Under the pieces are notes generated by a model. The model did no database searches, was not told where the DNA came from, and saw only the letters and a program-made list of their open reading frames with translations. Positions 39,365 through 51,266 of a stretch of 64,000 nt of DNA are shown one piece after another. The first letter of the stretch is position 1. Every line of letters starts with the position of its first letter. Origin of the DNA: Octopus sinensis (taxonomy: Eukaryota); contig NC_043002.1 of assembly GCF_006345805.1 (NCBI RefSeq), forward strand, positions 87,544,001 through 87,608,000, read 5' to 3'. Both the position numbers and the translations under genes were made by a program.

Positions 39365-42287
39365 CTATGTTTGACTTTTGCTTTATGTCTGTACAAGTTG
39401 GCTCCAAGTCTCACCCAGAGACCTCAAGAGACAACAGGTTGGAAGTTCTGTGCCATATATTGGGGGGGGGGGTTGTGTTGTACTAGTGAATGTCTAATAC
39501 ATAAAAAAAAAATTTTAAAAATAAAAATAAAAAAAAGTTTGTTTTAAACCTTGGGATTACATAGAGAGTATTTTGCGTAGGATATGAGCAGTTCCCATGA
39601 GCACTATCTTTTGAATTTCTGCCATTTTTGGGTTTCCTGGTATCTGAGTTAGGTAGCAATCAGTCCCTTTCGCTATCATTCCCAGGGCACCTATGACAAC
39701 AGGTATTGTTTTAGTCTTCAGCTTCCACATTTTGCTGATTTCTATTTCAAGATCTTTATATTTGCTCAGTTTTTGGTAGGTCTTGACAGATACGTTTATA
39801 TCGATTGGGACAGTCATATCAATGAGGAGGCATGTTCTTTGTTTGAAGTCTTTCAATATGATGTCTGGCCTATTTGCATCTATCTTTCTGTAAGTTTGAA
39901 TGGTGAAGTTCCAGAGGAGTGAGATGTGGTCATTTTCAAGCACTGGGGGTGGTTTCTGTTCCCACCAGTTTTTATTATGGGGCAAATCCAGGTTTTTGCA
40001 GATTACCCAGTGAATATATTGTGCAGCTCTATCGTGTCTGTTGAGATACTCTGTAGGCGCTAGAAGACTGCACTTGGAGACCACATGGTCAATGGTTTCA
40101 TTTTGTTGCTGGCATACACGACACGTTGGACAGCTTCTGATCTTTAATATGTTGGCCTGGTAGTTTCTTGTTGGTAGGCATTGATCTTGAGCTGCTATGA
40201 TAAACCCCTCTGTTTCAGATTTTAAGCAAGAGGCCATTAGCCATTGATGGGTCAGGGCTTTGTCGATATCTGCATTATTCGCTCTGTTTGGGTATTTGCC
40301 ATAGAGAGGTTTTTCGTGCCATTTATTATTCAGAATATCTAAGGCCGCAGTTTTGGCACGGGTTTTCATGCGCCTAGCTTTTTCTGTGCTTGTTTCTTGT
40401 ATGTCTATCTCTAATTCCGAAATTGGTTGTATTCGGAATTCTCTTAGATATTCCTTTGCCTGTTTTGTGACTGAGTATGATGCTTTCTTGTTTTCATGTT
40501 TTGAGACAAGTTTTAACATCCAGTCCTGAGAGTTTTTCAGGTAGGTGTCTAGGCCAATTGTAGCAATCTTCATTGTTATTGCCAGTTGCAAAAGACCACG
40601 GCCTCCCTCTTTTCTTGGCAGATAGAGTCGTTCTGTATCTGCCTTAGGGTGGTGCATTCTATGCATTGTCAACATATTTCAGTAATTGACCAGTTAACAA
40701 TATTGAAACTGTAAGTCACGACTGGTATGGCTAATGCATTGATCGCTTCGATCCTGTTTCTTGCATTCAGCTCTGTCTTGAGTATTGCTCTCACTCTTCG
40801 ATAGCATTCTCTCCTGATCCTTTCCTTCATCTCTGAATGCCTTATTCCGTTCCCTTCAATTACCCCTAGGTACTTGTAGCTCTCCGCTGGGTCTAGTTAT
40901 TTTATGACATTCTGCTGGTCAAGGTTAACGTTAGATGTTTCAGTCATTTTTCCTTTGATAAAGGTAGCTTTTGCACATTTATCGAGGCCGAATTGCATTC
41001 TGATGTCGTCACTGAATTGTTTGACTATCGCTAGTAAGCCCTTGAGTTGTTGGTCATTTTTTGCAAAAAGCTTTAAATCATCCATGTAAATGAGATGATT
41101 TATATTTTTATCAAACATTTTATACCCGTACTGCGCGTCATTGAGCAGCTTTGAGAGAGGTATTAAGGATAAACAAAAGAGGAGTGGTGACAGTGAGTCA
41201 CCCTGGAAAATGCCACACGAAATTTTTACATCACCAGCATTTAGGGATTCATTGTCACTGTTCAGAGTTAGTGTGGTTCTCAATGATCTCCTACTTACAG
41301 TCAAGAAGTTTCGCAGAGTAGGTGCTATCTTAAACATTTCCAGGCATTTCCTAATCCAGCTATGTGGTAGGCTATCAAAAGCCTTTTTATAGTCTATCCA
41401 GGCTATTGATAAGTTTTTGTGTCGTTTGTGACAACCTTCTAAGATCATCTTATTGATGTGTAATTGGTCTTTACAGCCGTAGGATCCACGTTTACATCCT
41501 TTCTGTTCATTAGGGAATATGCTGCTGTCTGTTAAAAAAACTATAGGTATATTCCGTCAGGACAGATGTAAGTGTTTTGTACATAGTTGTTAAGCAGGTT
41601 ATGGGTCTATAGTTTTTTGGTTCATTTGTTTCTTCACTTTTTGGAAGCAGGAATGTTAACCCATTAACTAGCCAAGGAGGCATCCTACTAGGGTGTTGCA
41701 AAACATCATTGTACAGTTCTGTTAGCAGTTCATTGCTCTCTGGGAAAGCATTCAGCCAGAAGTTAGGAATTTTATCCTTTCCTGGAGACTTCCATTTGCT
41801 TGACCTCCCGAGAGCAGATCTTATATCTTCTACCTTGACACCCTCCCACTTTTGCTCTTCTAAAGGGTCCAGTTCTGTAGATATTCTGTCAATCCAGGGG
41901 GCCTTTTCGTTGTGTGTTTTTTCTTCTGCCCAGATTTTATTCCAAAATCCCTGCACTTCTTCTTTTGATGGTACAGACCTTGCAGTAAACGCTGTTTTTC
42001 CTATCTTCCTGTAAAAATTCTTGGTGTTATTTTTGAACATGTTGTTGTCCTTGAAAAATCTAACACGCCTTTCATACCTCGTAATGCGGGCAGCTTTGGC
42101 AGATACCTTTTGTTTGATGGTTTCTATGGTGGCATCAATATCAAGTATAGTTTTCATATTGTATTTTTTCAGTAATTTTTGGGTTTTTGTAGGTTTGGTA
42201 GTCTTGTGAGCCTTAAGGTTTTTCAAATATTCAATGTCAAATCTAAATATTTTAATTTGCTGTTGCAGACGCTCTTGCCAAGAAGGC

Positions 42288-42290
<3 letters not shown>
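39365..42290 (-). mobile_element. R4/Dong-clade LINE, long 5'-truncated copy (RT plus RLE)
   Basis: WKSPGKDKIPNFWL, NYRPITCL, WIDYKKAFDSLPHSW, GIFQGDSLSPLLF, YMDDLKL, GGRGL, CRVC..ETIDHVVSKC, NRPDII; one frameshift in an A-run (~41535), one stop (40897), one small deletion (~40680). Confidence 0.93.
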
Positions 42291-42356
<66 letters not shown>

Positions 42357-42405
42357 GTTGTTGTTGTTGTTGTTGTTTTTGTTGTTATTGTTGTTGTTGT
42401 TGTTA

Positions 42406-42479
<74 letters not shown>

Positions 42480-42484
42480 TTATT
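42291..42484. repeat. (ATT)n-(GTT)n-(ATT)n microsatellite
   Basis: Directly visible. Confidence 0.95.
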
Positions 42485-42485
42485 A

Positions 42486-42576
42486 GCTGCTGAAGAAACA
42501 TCTGACACTTTAGAAATACTCCACGATCTAGGTGTATTGCAAAAATCGGCATTACTTGGAATTGCACGACGTCTTA

Positions 42577-42619
<43 letters not shown>

Positions 42620-42633
42620 TAATAATAATAATA
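42486..42633 (+). mobile_element. Tiny 3'-terminal fragment of another RLE-type LINE plus (AAT)n tail
   Basis: Reads LEILHDLGVLQKSALLGIARRLK*, matching the LQK.ALLGTARIL C-terminus of R4/Dong-like ORFs. Confidence 0.55.
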
Positions 42634-42689
42634 GGCATGCGCTGCAGACTTAGTTAATAATAGTTAGTTTCTGATTTAGGCTACAGGTA

Positions 42690-42810
42690 AACAATTCATA
42701 GTGATAGATTCTGGAGGGGGTAAAAGGTAAAGTTGACCTTGCTGCGATCTGAACTTGGAACGCGAAGCGCCAGAACAAATGCCGCAAAGCGTTTTCCGAC
42801 GCTCTAACAA
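42690..42810 (-). mobile_element. Decayed SINE fragment
   Basis: AAAGGTAAAGTTGACCTTG..GAACTTGGAAC..CCGACGCTCTAAC matches the SINE family at 13.8 kb. Confidence 0.55.
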
Positions 42811-43639
42811 CACAAATAGAGAGAAATAATTGATTTGTATCTGACATTAGCTCTCTATTTGTATAATAATTGAAACATCTATTTCATCTCAAATGTCCAT
42901 TAAATTGAATATCTCAAAATCCGATCATTTCATTGGTAAATTGCTCCAACATTTGAGTCAACGTATTGTGTTTCCGTTGTGTCTATTCTGATCGGGAAAT
43001 TAACACTTTAGAACTACTTCAAAAATGAGAGACTAAGCAGTACAGTTGTACAAACAATGGTATTAAGAAGATAATTTTCTGAAATCAAAGCGACATAACA
43101 AGTATCTACATTTCAACTGTAGCAAATCATTGAAGCGTTATAATTGAAACGTCGGTTTATTCCATTGTTTCTGCTCACCGGTGAAGAAATGAACTGTCTT
43201 GTTCAATTCACGAACTAGTTTCAATTTTTGTTTGAAAATATTTCATTTCATAGAATGTTCTGATGAAGGCTACGAAACACAAACTATTTCTCTTATGATA
43301 CGAGTTCATATACTTATAAAGGAATAATCTAACGAATTCGCTATAATCTGGACATGAATCAGCATTGTAGATTATCCTCGCTTTTTGCATTATAATGTTA
43401 CTAAAGCTGCAATCCAAGATATCCAAAGTTTTTATAAAGTACTAAATTCAGTCATCTGTACTATTATATCCTTGTATACTGATTTAAATATCTATGTTCG
43501 TACACTTACTTTGTGGTAAACCCTCTCTATAATTGTTATGGATTACACATTCGAACACGTATTTTGTCAGGATGTTTTTACCTGGTTTGAAGAGTTTTTT
43601 TTTTGAATCGCTGAATCTAAAGCTTGAATTTTCTTTACT

Positions 43640-46583
43640 ATCATGTCTAGATACCAAAACATCCAAATCCCACCAATTTTCGCAATTTTGTTCATATTCA
43701 GAAAAATATATTGTTTACCTGGGAAATTTAGTACAAAACTTCACTAGCGTGATGACTAGGGAATATAAATCAAGCCAAAGGAAGCCACAGATAATTCGGA
43801 TTACTTTGGCATTAGCTTATCACACCCACAGCAATTTGAACAAAATTAACTCAGTGACTTGGTAAGGGATGTATTCTTCTCAAAAGAATCTGCAGAAGTT
43901 CTTGCGTGTCGATTAAAGGAAGAAGCCCCCTTAAAGTCGGAAACAAAGTCACATGCTATAGCACTACGAATGCTGAATTTTGGTCGTTTTTTACAGAACT
44001 TATGAGTGTATTGAACAAACACTGAAGGACTGCTTCGGAGAATGACATCAGCAGAATATGTTGATAGTGATCGCTGCCTTTGTAATGATAGCCCGAAAAT
44101 ATATTGGCTTGTGTTCCAAACACTTTACAAAACGTGCAGAGAAATATGAAGACGTGAAAGCAGTGCTAGAGAAAATTAAGCACACTAATCATCAGTGGCT
44201 AATATGCGTGGACATTAAGCTGGCCGATTTTCTTCTCGAACAATAAAGTAGATACACCAAATGTCCATGCTTATTATGTGTTTGGAACAACAGAGCATTG
44301 GGTGATAAAAGAATGACCGCAGCGAACATTAGTTCCAGTTTCTTTTAATATGATTGAAGAACCGTTAGTTCATCCGAGAAAAATCATCATACCTCCGCTC
44401 CTTATCAATCTCATCATTATGAAGCAGTTTATTATAGCACTGGAAAAAGATGAACCATGCTTTCGCTATATCTGCAGTACATTTTCTGGTCTGAGTGGTG
44501 AAAGATAAAAGCTGGACTATTTGTTGGGCCTCAAATCAGAAAATCGATGAAAGATGGGATTTTGTAAATCCAATGAATTGCATTGAAGCTGTAGCATAGA
44601 CTTCATTTTTAGTTCTAAATGACTTTCTGGGCACGAACAAAGTATCCAAGTAAGCCGAAATAGTCGACAATATGCTGGAGAAAGTTAGGAGCAAATATGA
44701 GCATAAAACTGCACTATATCCACTGTTACATTGATAAACTCTCGGCAATCTTCGTGACACAAGTAACGGGCAGGGAGAAGATTTTTATATCGAATCCATG
44801 AAACAAAGGTATGGAGGTAAAGAGAACTTGCATGTGATGTCGGACTATTGCTGGAATTTGGTTCGTGAGCACCCCAAAAAAGTCAGTCAAATAGGAAATT
44901 AGGTATAAACAATGATGTAACCTGTATATAGAAACTTTAATATTTTTAATAGTTTTTCAGTAAAATTTTAAGATAATATTTTGACTTTCCAGAAAAACTA
45001 ATTTCTATGTATAAGATGGTATCAAAACGTTTCCGACTAGTTCTGTTGCATACCAAAATATAGCGTGCGCTGTGAGAGTTAGCAGTGACCTTTATGAGGC
45101 AGTGTACGGAGTGACAACGCTGTGTTTACTTCGGAAGTTGTGAAACTTGTGTATGTTGTAATCTGCGATTTTGTCATGGATAGGATGTTGGAACAAAGAG
45201 CCAATGTCAAATTCTGCGTTAAAATTGGTTAGTCTGCTACAGAGACATTGAGCATGCTTCGGCAAACTTACGGCGACCGGGCAATGTGTCGTAGGCAATG
45301 TTTTGAATGGCACAGGACTAGGAACACTGATGAACGTCTCTGGAATACCGTGAGCGATTTGAAGACATGCTACGAGCGTCAACCCATGAAATATGGATAA
45401 AATTCATTAGCTCGTGCATAAAAATCGTCGGAGGACAATCAATGACATTACTGAGCTTGTTGGTCTGTCGTATAGATCCGTGCATACCGTCCGAATTGAA
45501 CATGTGACGTGTTTCTGCCAAGTTTATCTCCCGCCCACTGACCACTGAACAGAAAGATCACCAAGATCGCCGCCAGCGTGCCGCTGATGATCCAACAATT
45601 CGGTCTACAGGTACAACCCTGAGACGAATCAGTAGTCGTCACACTGGAAGAGGCCTTCATCTCCACGACCGAAGAAGGTGCGACAGAGCCGCAGACCAAT
45701 GGAAAGCATGCTCAGCGCTGTTTTCGACATCCGTGGTATTGCGCATCGAGAATTCGTCCCCCAGTGTTAGACGATCAATAGAGAGTCCCTCCGCGATATT
45801 TTGAAACGTTTGATATAGGATATTCGGCGAAAGCGACCGAATCTGTGGAGCGCGAATAATTGGATTCTTCACGACGACCATGCACACTGTCACCGAGCTC
45901 TCCTCACGCGTGAGTTTCTCGCCAAAAATACCATGATATCGTTTCAGCATCCACCCTATTCGCCAGATTTAGCACCTGCAGATTTCCATCTCTTCCGCAA
46001 GTTTGGAAATGCAGCTCAAAAGTCGCCGTTTTAACACCGTTGTCGAGATCCGGAGCGAATCGCACTTAGACCAAACGCAGCACGTGGTCAGCTGAAAATA
46101 GAGACAAAGAACGAGAGAAAAAGACGACGAGAAAAAAAAGGGAGAGAAGTATTAAAGATGTGCGGTGAGGTGGGGAAGTAATACTTATTACGTGATTAAA
46201 ATGTTAGCTGAAAAGTCGTTTCCACTTACGGAAAACGACTTCCAAGCCGGATTCCAAAAGTATCAGGAACACTGTGATCGGTGTATTGCTGCGCAAGGCG
46301 ACTATTTCAAAGAAGATGATATTAAAACTTAAGGAAATAAGTTATTTCTTTTATTAAACATAACTAGTCCGGGAACTTTTTGATACCACCTCGTATATTT
46401 GTATGGTATGCTTTGTTCCTCATACACTGTTTTATTGAAAAGACAATGAAATTTTATGGAGCCAGTCTCTTAAAATCTTGACGGAATGGTAATAAATGAA
46501 TGTAATTATCGGATTCTGTCTCAAAAAACTGTAGTTCAGCTCCAAATTGTTTGATATCAGAAAATTTATATTTTTGGCCAGTG
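43640..46583 (+). mobile_element. Chapaev3-like (CMC) DNA transposon fossil, interrupted by a mariner; 5' end not found
   Basis: QFEQN*LSDLVRD..SKESAEVLACRLKE; HQWLICVDIK; YTKCPCLLC; PPL.I; LFVGPQIRK; GQGE.F; RYGG..MSDYCWNL; 3' end CCAGTG followed by TTA. Family name assigned from memory of these motifs. Confidence 0.7.
45012..46393 (+). mobile_element. Full-length decayed mariner with both TIRs and TA flanks
   Basis: Left TAAGATGGTATCAAAACGTTTCCGACTAG, right CTAGTCCGGGAACTTTTTGATACCACCTCG; EQRANVKFCVK, LHDDHA, HPPYSPDLAPADFHLF; the TGDETW segment is deleted. Confidence 0.9.
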
Positions 46584-46616
46584 TTATATTATATTATATT
46601 ATATTATATTATATTA

Positions 46617-47436
46617 CTAGTGGGAACCGTGAAAATTCCACGGAATGGCAAAAATTGAGAGGACCTATTTAAGAAAAAACGGATGACTTGTATTTTTAAA
46701 GCATTCATAGTTTAGCTTTCTTTAAATATTCTTGACGTTCGTCTACATTCATTTCCTTCCGTTTCCGTCGGTGTTGTCTTTTTCCAATTTTTATACTTTC
46801 TTGCTGTTCCTCTCTCATTCTTCGTCTGTATCTGCGCATCCTATCACGCGTAGCTTGCAACTATGTTTCTTGTGAATCCAGAGTTTAAGCTAAATTAACC
46901 CTTATTAAAACAAGTGTCAATTTTTTTTAAGCGAGCAGACGATAAACGATTGCACTTATGCGTTTAAAAAAAAATTAATTCAGTAAAAAATACTTTTCAC
47001 TACCACCACCACCACCACCACCACCATCACCACCATCACCACCGCTGCTATATGTCTGTCTGTTTGTTTCTCTCTCTCTCACTTTCTCTCAATAAAACTT
47101 CCTCCCCTGTCCATCTCCCTCTATCTTTCATTTCAGTTAACATTTTAATCATGTAATAAGTATTCCTTTTCCACCTCAACGCACGTCGTTAACACTTCTC
47201 TCCTTTTTTCTGGTCGTCTTTTTCTCTCGTACTTTGTCTCTATTTTCAACTGACCACATGACGCATTTAGCCTAAGTGCATTAATATTAATTACCTCTTC
47301 CTACTTCTTCTCTTCTTTCGCCACTCCTCCCCTTCTCTCTCACTCACACTCGTATTCCACCTCTCACGCACACCATTCCACCTATCTAACTAGCTAATGT
47401 GTAACGAGCGAACGAACAAGCAGATTATTATACAGA
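46617..47436 (-). mobile_element. Non-autonomous Helitron (820 bp)
   Basis: Minus strand 5'-TC..CTAG-3', inserted between A and T; subterminal hairpin CCGTG-AAAATTC-CACGG 6 bp inside the CTAG; internal (CCA)n and (CT)n. Confidence 0.8.
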
Positions 47437-47453
47437 TATATTTTATTATATTA

Positions 47454-47878
47454 GGATCTTTTCGGTTTGAACGGCAGTTTTTTCTAGCGGTGTCATATGA
47501 AATTGTCACCCATAATTATGACCCTAGTATCGATCTATTGCATTTCAATCTGTTTTAGGGTTAGGGTTAGGGGTAGGGGGAAGGGTTTTTTTTCTTCACA
47601 AATGTAAATAAACCCAATCCGTTTCTTAAAAGACGGACATATTGATACAGCACAGAATGTTTTTTTACCTCAATGGACGTCATTGATTGGTTGAAATTGC
47701 AGAAATTGAAGAAAAAAAACAACAAATATCTTACAAACTATAGAATTTTCTCAGTAAAGCCAAGAGAAAAATATGTTTCATAAACACATTCTACGAAGTT
47801 TAAAAGTATAGAAAGTTTAAAAGTGTTTAGTTACGTGGAAATTATTTTAAAAAACTGCCGGTCAAACCGAAAAGATCC
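47454..47878 (-). mobile_element. MITE family A copy 5 with 8-bp TSD
   Basis: TIRs present; TTATATTA on both sides. Confidence 0.93.
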
Positions 47879-48289
47879 TTATATTATATTACACTATATA
47901 TATTATATTATACTATATTATATTATATTATATTATATTATCTGTATATATATTTCTCGAAGTAGAAGATACATGCCTGGGAAGTTTGTCCAGTAAATAT
48001 TCTGTTGTAAATGTTTATGTATTAGCTTTTGGTGATGATGTGATTTTTAGCGATTACTCCTCTTGGAACTACAACTGAAAAAGGGAGTAAAATATCAATG
48101 GATTAAAAACCAAATTGATATTCATTGGTATTGTGAACCACACAATTATATGTCTCGTCTCAGTATTGTGACTATATTCTCACAGCTATTAAATTATTTT
48201 GTATGTGACACTGTTGACAAAATAAAAACGGTTAAATAAAGACACCAGTTAGCATACTGTTTTTGGTGGAAAAGTTCCATAAGTATTCT

Positions 48290-49730
48290 CTATTTTTTAA
48301 AATGTGGATACTTTATGATTCTGGTGTCCTTTTGGTATGGCCATCAGGACAGCCCATCCTATGCACTGCGACTATGTCGCGTCGTTTTGGAAGGTAGTAT
48401 TTTGCAGCCGCTTTAACAGTTATTGATGATATGAATGATATCTTCCATACTGGAACCACTTTCTACCACAGCGTGCAGGTTTATAGGTATTCTAACCTCT
48501 TTGGTTAGGTACTTAGTAACTACTTCCTAGTCTAGGTGAGTTGTGATATCACAGGATCAGGAAAGGCTACTATTCCTCTCAATGTTGCTGACATTCTCCA
48601 GCTGGCGGAATACGTACGCATGCATAATTTTCAGCAGGTATGAAGATTATTTCTCTTCCGAGACTTTATTTAGATAGGCCAGTCCAAGCGCCCTTGATTC
48701 ATTCGCAGTAATTATTTAGTTCTTTCACCTAATCTTTTGACATTATTACCTTCACTGTTGAGTATATACGTGAAGTACACACTTCTATGTTTGCTGATTA
48801 GTAGGTGTTGTCTAAATGACACAACGCGGCACTCAAAAGTTGTCTTAACTTATCTTATACCTCCAACTACATCCCTCTGATTGACATAGATCCTGTTAGA
48901 ACAATTGTTGATGTAGAAGCTAATAATGTCCCGTCTAATATTCCTGATATTAGTATTAGTACTGGCACTGTGAAAACACTGTGGGATAGAGATTTATTTC
49001 GGACTTTCATATTTTTAAAAGTCTGCTGAAGTATTCTTTTGTCATTCCAGCTCTACTGACAACACCGACATAAACAATATCCTTATCGATTGCCACTGAT
49101 GACCGAAATGACAGAGAGGCCATTGATATTCATATTCCTTGCCTAATCAACAATCTTTTCTCTTTTGAGTACCAAATATGAACGCAGATTTCGATCAATC
49201 ACCAGTCTATGCCCAGTTAAAATGTAACCTGTTATAAGTACTCCATGAGGTCATGAATATTTTGAACATTTCTAGACAACATGGGTAAAACCAATCTTTC
49301 ATTTGCAGATCCTATCAGGAAGTATTTGAATAACCACACAGGGCTGACAAAGGATTCGCTACAAGGGCAAAAAGCATTGCAGATAAGCTGTCAGCTTGAA
49401 ATATTACTTTTGATAGCCTAATTCTGCCACCAGCTGTTGTAGTAACTACAGTTAAGAACGATAGTTCTGCGGGGTCTATGTAGTCGTCAACCTTTCAATG
49501 GTAATGACTACAGCTGTTGGAACCTTGGCATAACGTTATGTCCCAATAATCCATGAGTGAGGTAGAGTGAAACGCTTTATTGTAATCAAGCCACATAGTC
49601 AGCAGATTTCGGAGGTTCTCATTCGCTTCCTTCATAACAGCTTTGTTAGTGAGGAGTTGCTCGGTGCAGCCTCAAACACACCACATTATCTATTTTGCAG
49701 TGATCCCGGGTGAATGCATTGAAGCAACTT
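48290..49730 (-). pseudogene. Old R4/Dong-like LINE RT remnant
   Basis: Minus strand GCTEQLLTNKAVMKEA..RNLLTMWLDYNKAF; IFQADSLSAMLFALVANPLS; KEYFSRLLKI*KSE..TVPVL. Confidence 0.65.
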
Positions 49731-49879
49731 GTGTCTAATTCTGTATGTATGTATATACTTATGTATACATAAATACACACACACACACAAGACCTCCGCG
49801 TTTCTGTACCTTTGTATGATGGTCTCCACAAGATATATTTTATGAGAGATACCGGTAGTTTCTCATCCATGTACGTCAC

Positions 49880-50045
49880 CCTTCTCCCCGAGAGTGATAT
49901 TTATCCAAGGGACATCTACTACGAAAGAAAGAAACGCAAGCTTGACGTCGGCAGGATTTCAACAGGGAGCACCAAGAATTTGAACAAGTACTTCGAGTCA
50001 TTGGGGCCAACGCTCCAACAGTTCTGCCAAAATTGTCGCCTTTAC
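49880..50045 (-). mobile_element. Decayed SINE
   Basis: Aligns by eye with the 13.8/18.0 kb family head (GTTCTGCCA..CGCCTT). Confidence 0.45.
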
Positions 50046-51233
50046 GATTTGTAGTTTTTCAGAGAAAAAAAAATTTTCTAGTATAAGTACATCGCTTGAA
50101 ATTTGGGGAAGGTGTCTAAACATGATGTCTGAAAGGCAAAGTTAGTATCAGTGTGTCAACTCAGAAGGTAAAGAGTCATACGTAAATATAACAAAGCAGT
50201 CCGTCCGAAGGATCGATTCTACCAAACCACCGATGTCAGAATAAATATTATATGATGAATAACTAATTGCAGGAACTAGAACTCCTTAATCTTCCAGAAG
50301 TTTACTCTTAAAAGATTAATTCCGATTGGATATGCCACAGAAGGAAAACTACAGAGCCTTATTATAGTGGACAATTTTTGCCAAAGACAGTCATTTTCCA
50401 ATGAAGAGCTAACCAAGTGTAATGATAGATTTCGTGATGGTTCTGACCTTCCTGTGCAGAGGAACCGATGGCAAAGCCATTCAACTTGTGTTGAGAACAC
50501 AGTATCGTTTATGTTGTGCATTGCATTTTATGAACACAGAAGCTGCCGAAGAGATCATGACTCATCTACGTTCATTTTAAATATAACGGGGAGGTTCCCA
50601 AACACGATTTGACAAAATGTTTTCTTTCAATTAAATTAATCGGAAACGAAAAAGGATATTGTTTGACTATGTGCATAGATCGATAATCTTGAGAATCAAT
50701 GAAAGCAGATCGATTAACCGATACCTATATCAATTTCAACTATTTCATTTCTTGTATTTTGCTTCAATCTTGATTTTGTTTTCGTATTATTGTACATATT
50801 TGCTTTGTGTCAATTCAATATTGCTCTATATATAAATAAGAAAATGTATTAAAAATGGCGAACCAACAACTAAAACAACAAAGGTATACATATATAAACA
50901 ATCAAACAAATAATCGAAAATCTTTTAATTCAAAGAAAACTTGTATTTAAAAAGAGATGCACATTTATTTAATGGAAGGAAACCTGTTGTAGAGTGTGCA
51001 CGCGCAAATACACAGGTATATCAATGTGTGCTTCTGCGTGTAAATATATATATATATATACATACATAACATCTATCTATTTATCTATCTATCTATCTAC
51101 CACTCTCTCTCTTTCTCCCCTCTCTCTCTCTCTCTCTCTCGCTATATATATATATTTCGTTTTGGGATTTGGTTTGCAAGATTCTTTATATAATAAGGCA
51201 CTAAAAGAGAATGACTCTCCCCAGACAGAACAG

Positions 51234-51266
<33 letters not shown>

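Noticed and set aside
43257-43284. CTGATGAAGGCTACGAAAC hammerhead-like core
   Set aside because: There is no NUH cleavage triplet after GAAAC and stem II is not paired; likely chance.
48545-48610. GSGKAT Walker-A-like motif on the plus strand (Helitron helicase?)
   Set aside because: The surrounding region reads as an R4/Dong-like LINE on the minus strand, and no other helicase motifs are present.
49812-50054. 80-aa ORF with normal-looking composition
   Set aside because: It overlaps a decayed SINE in reverse orientation.
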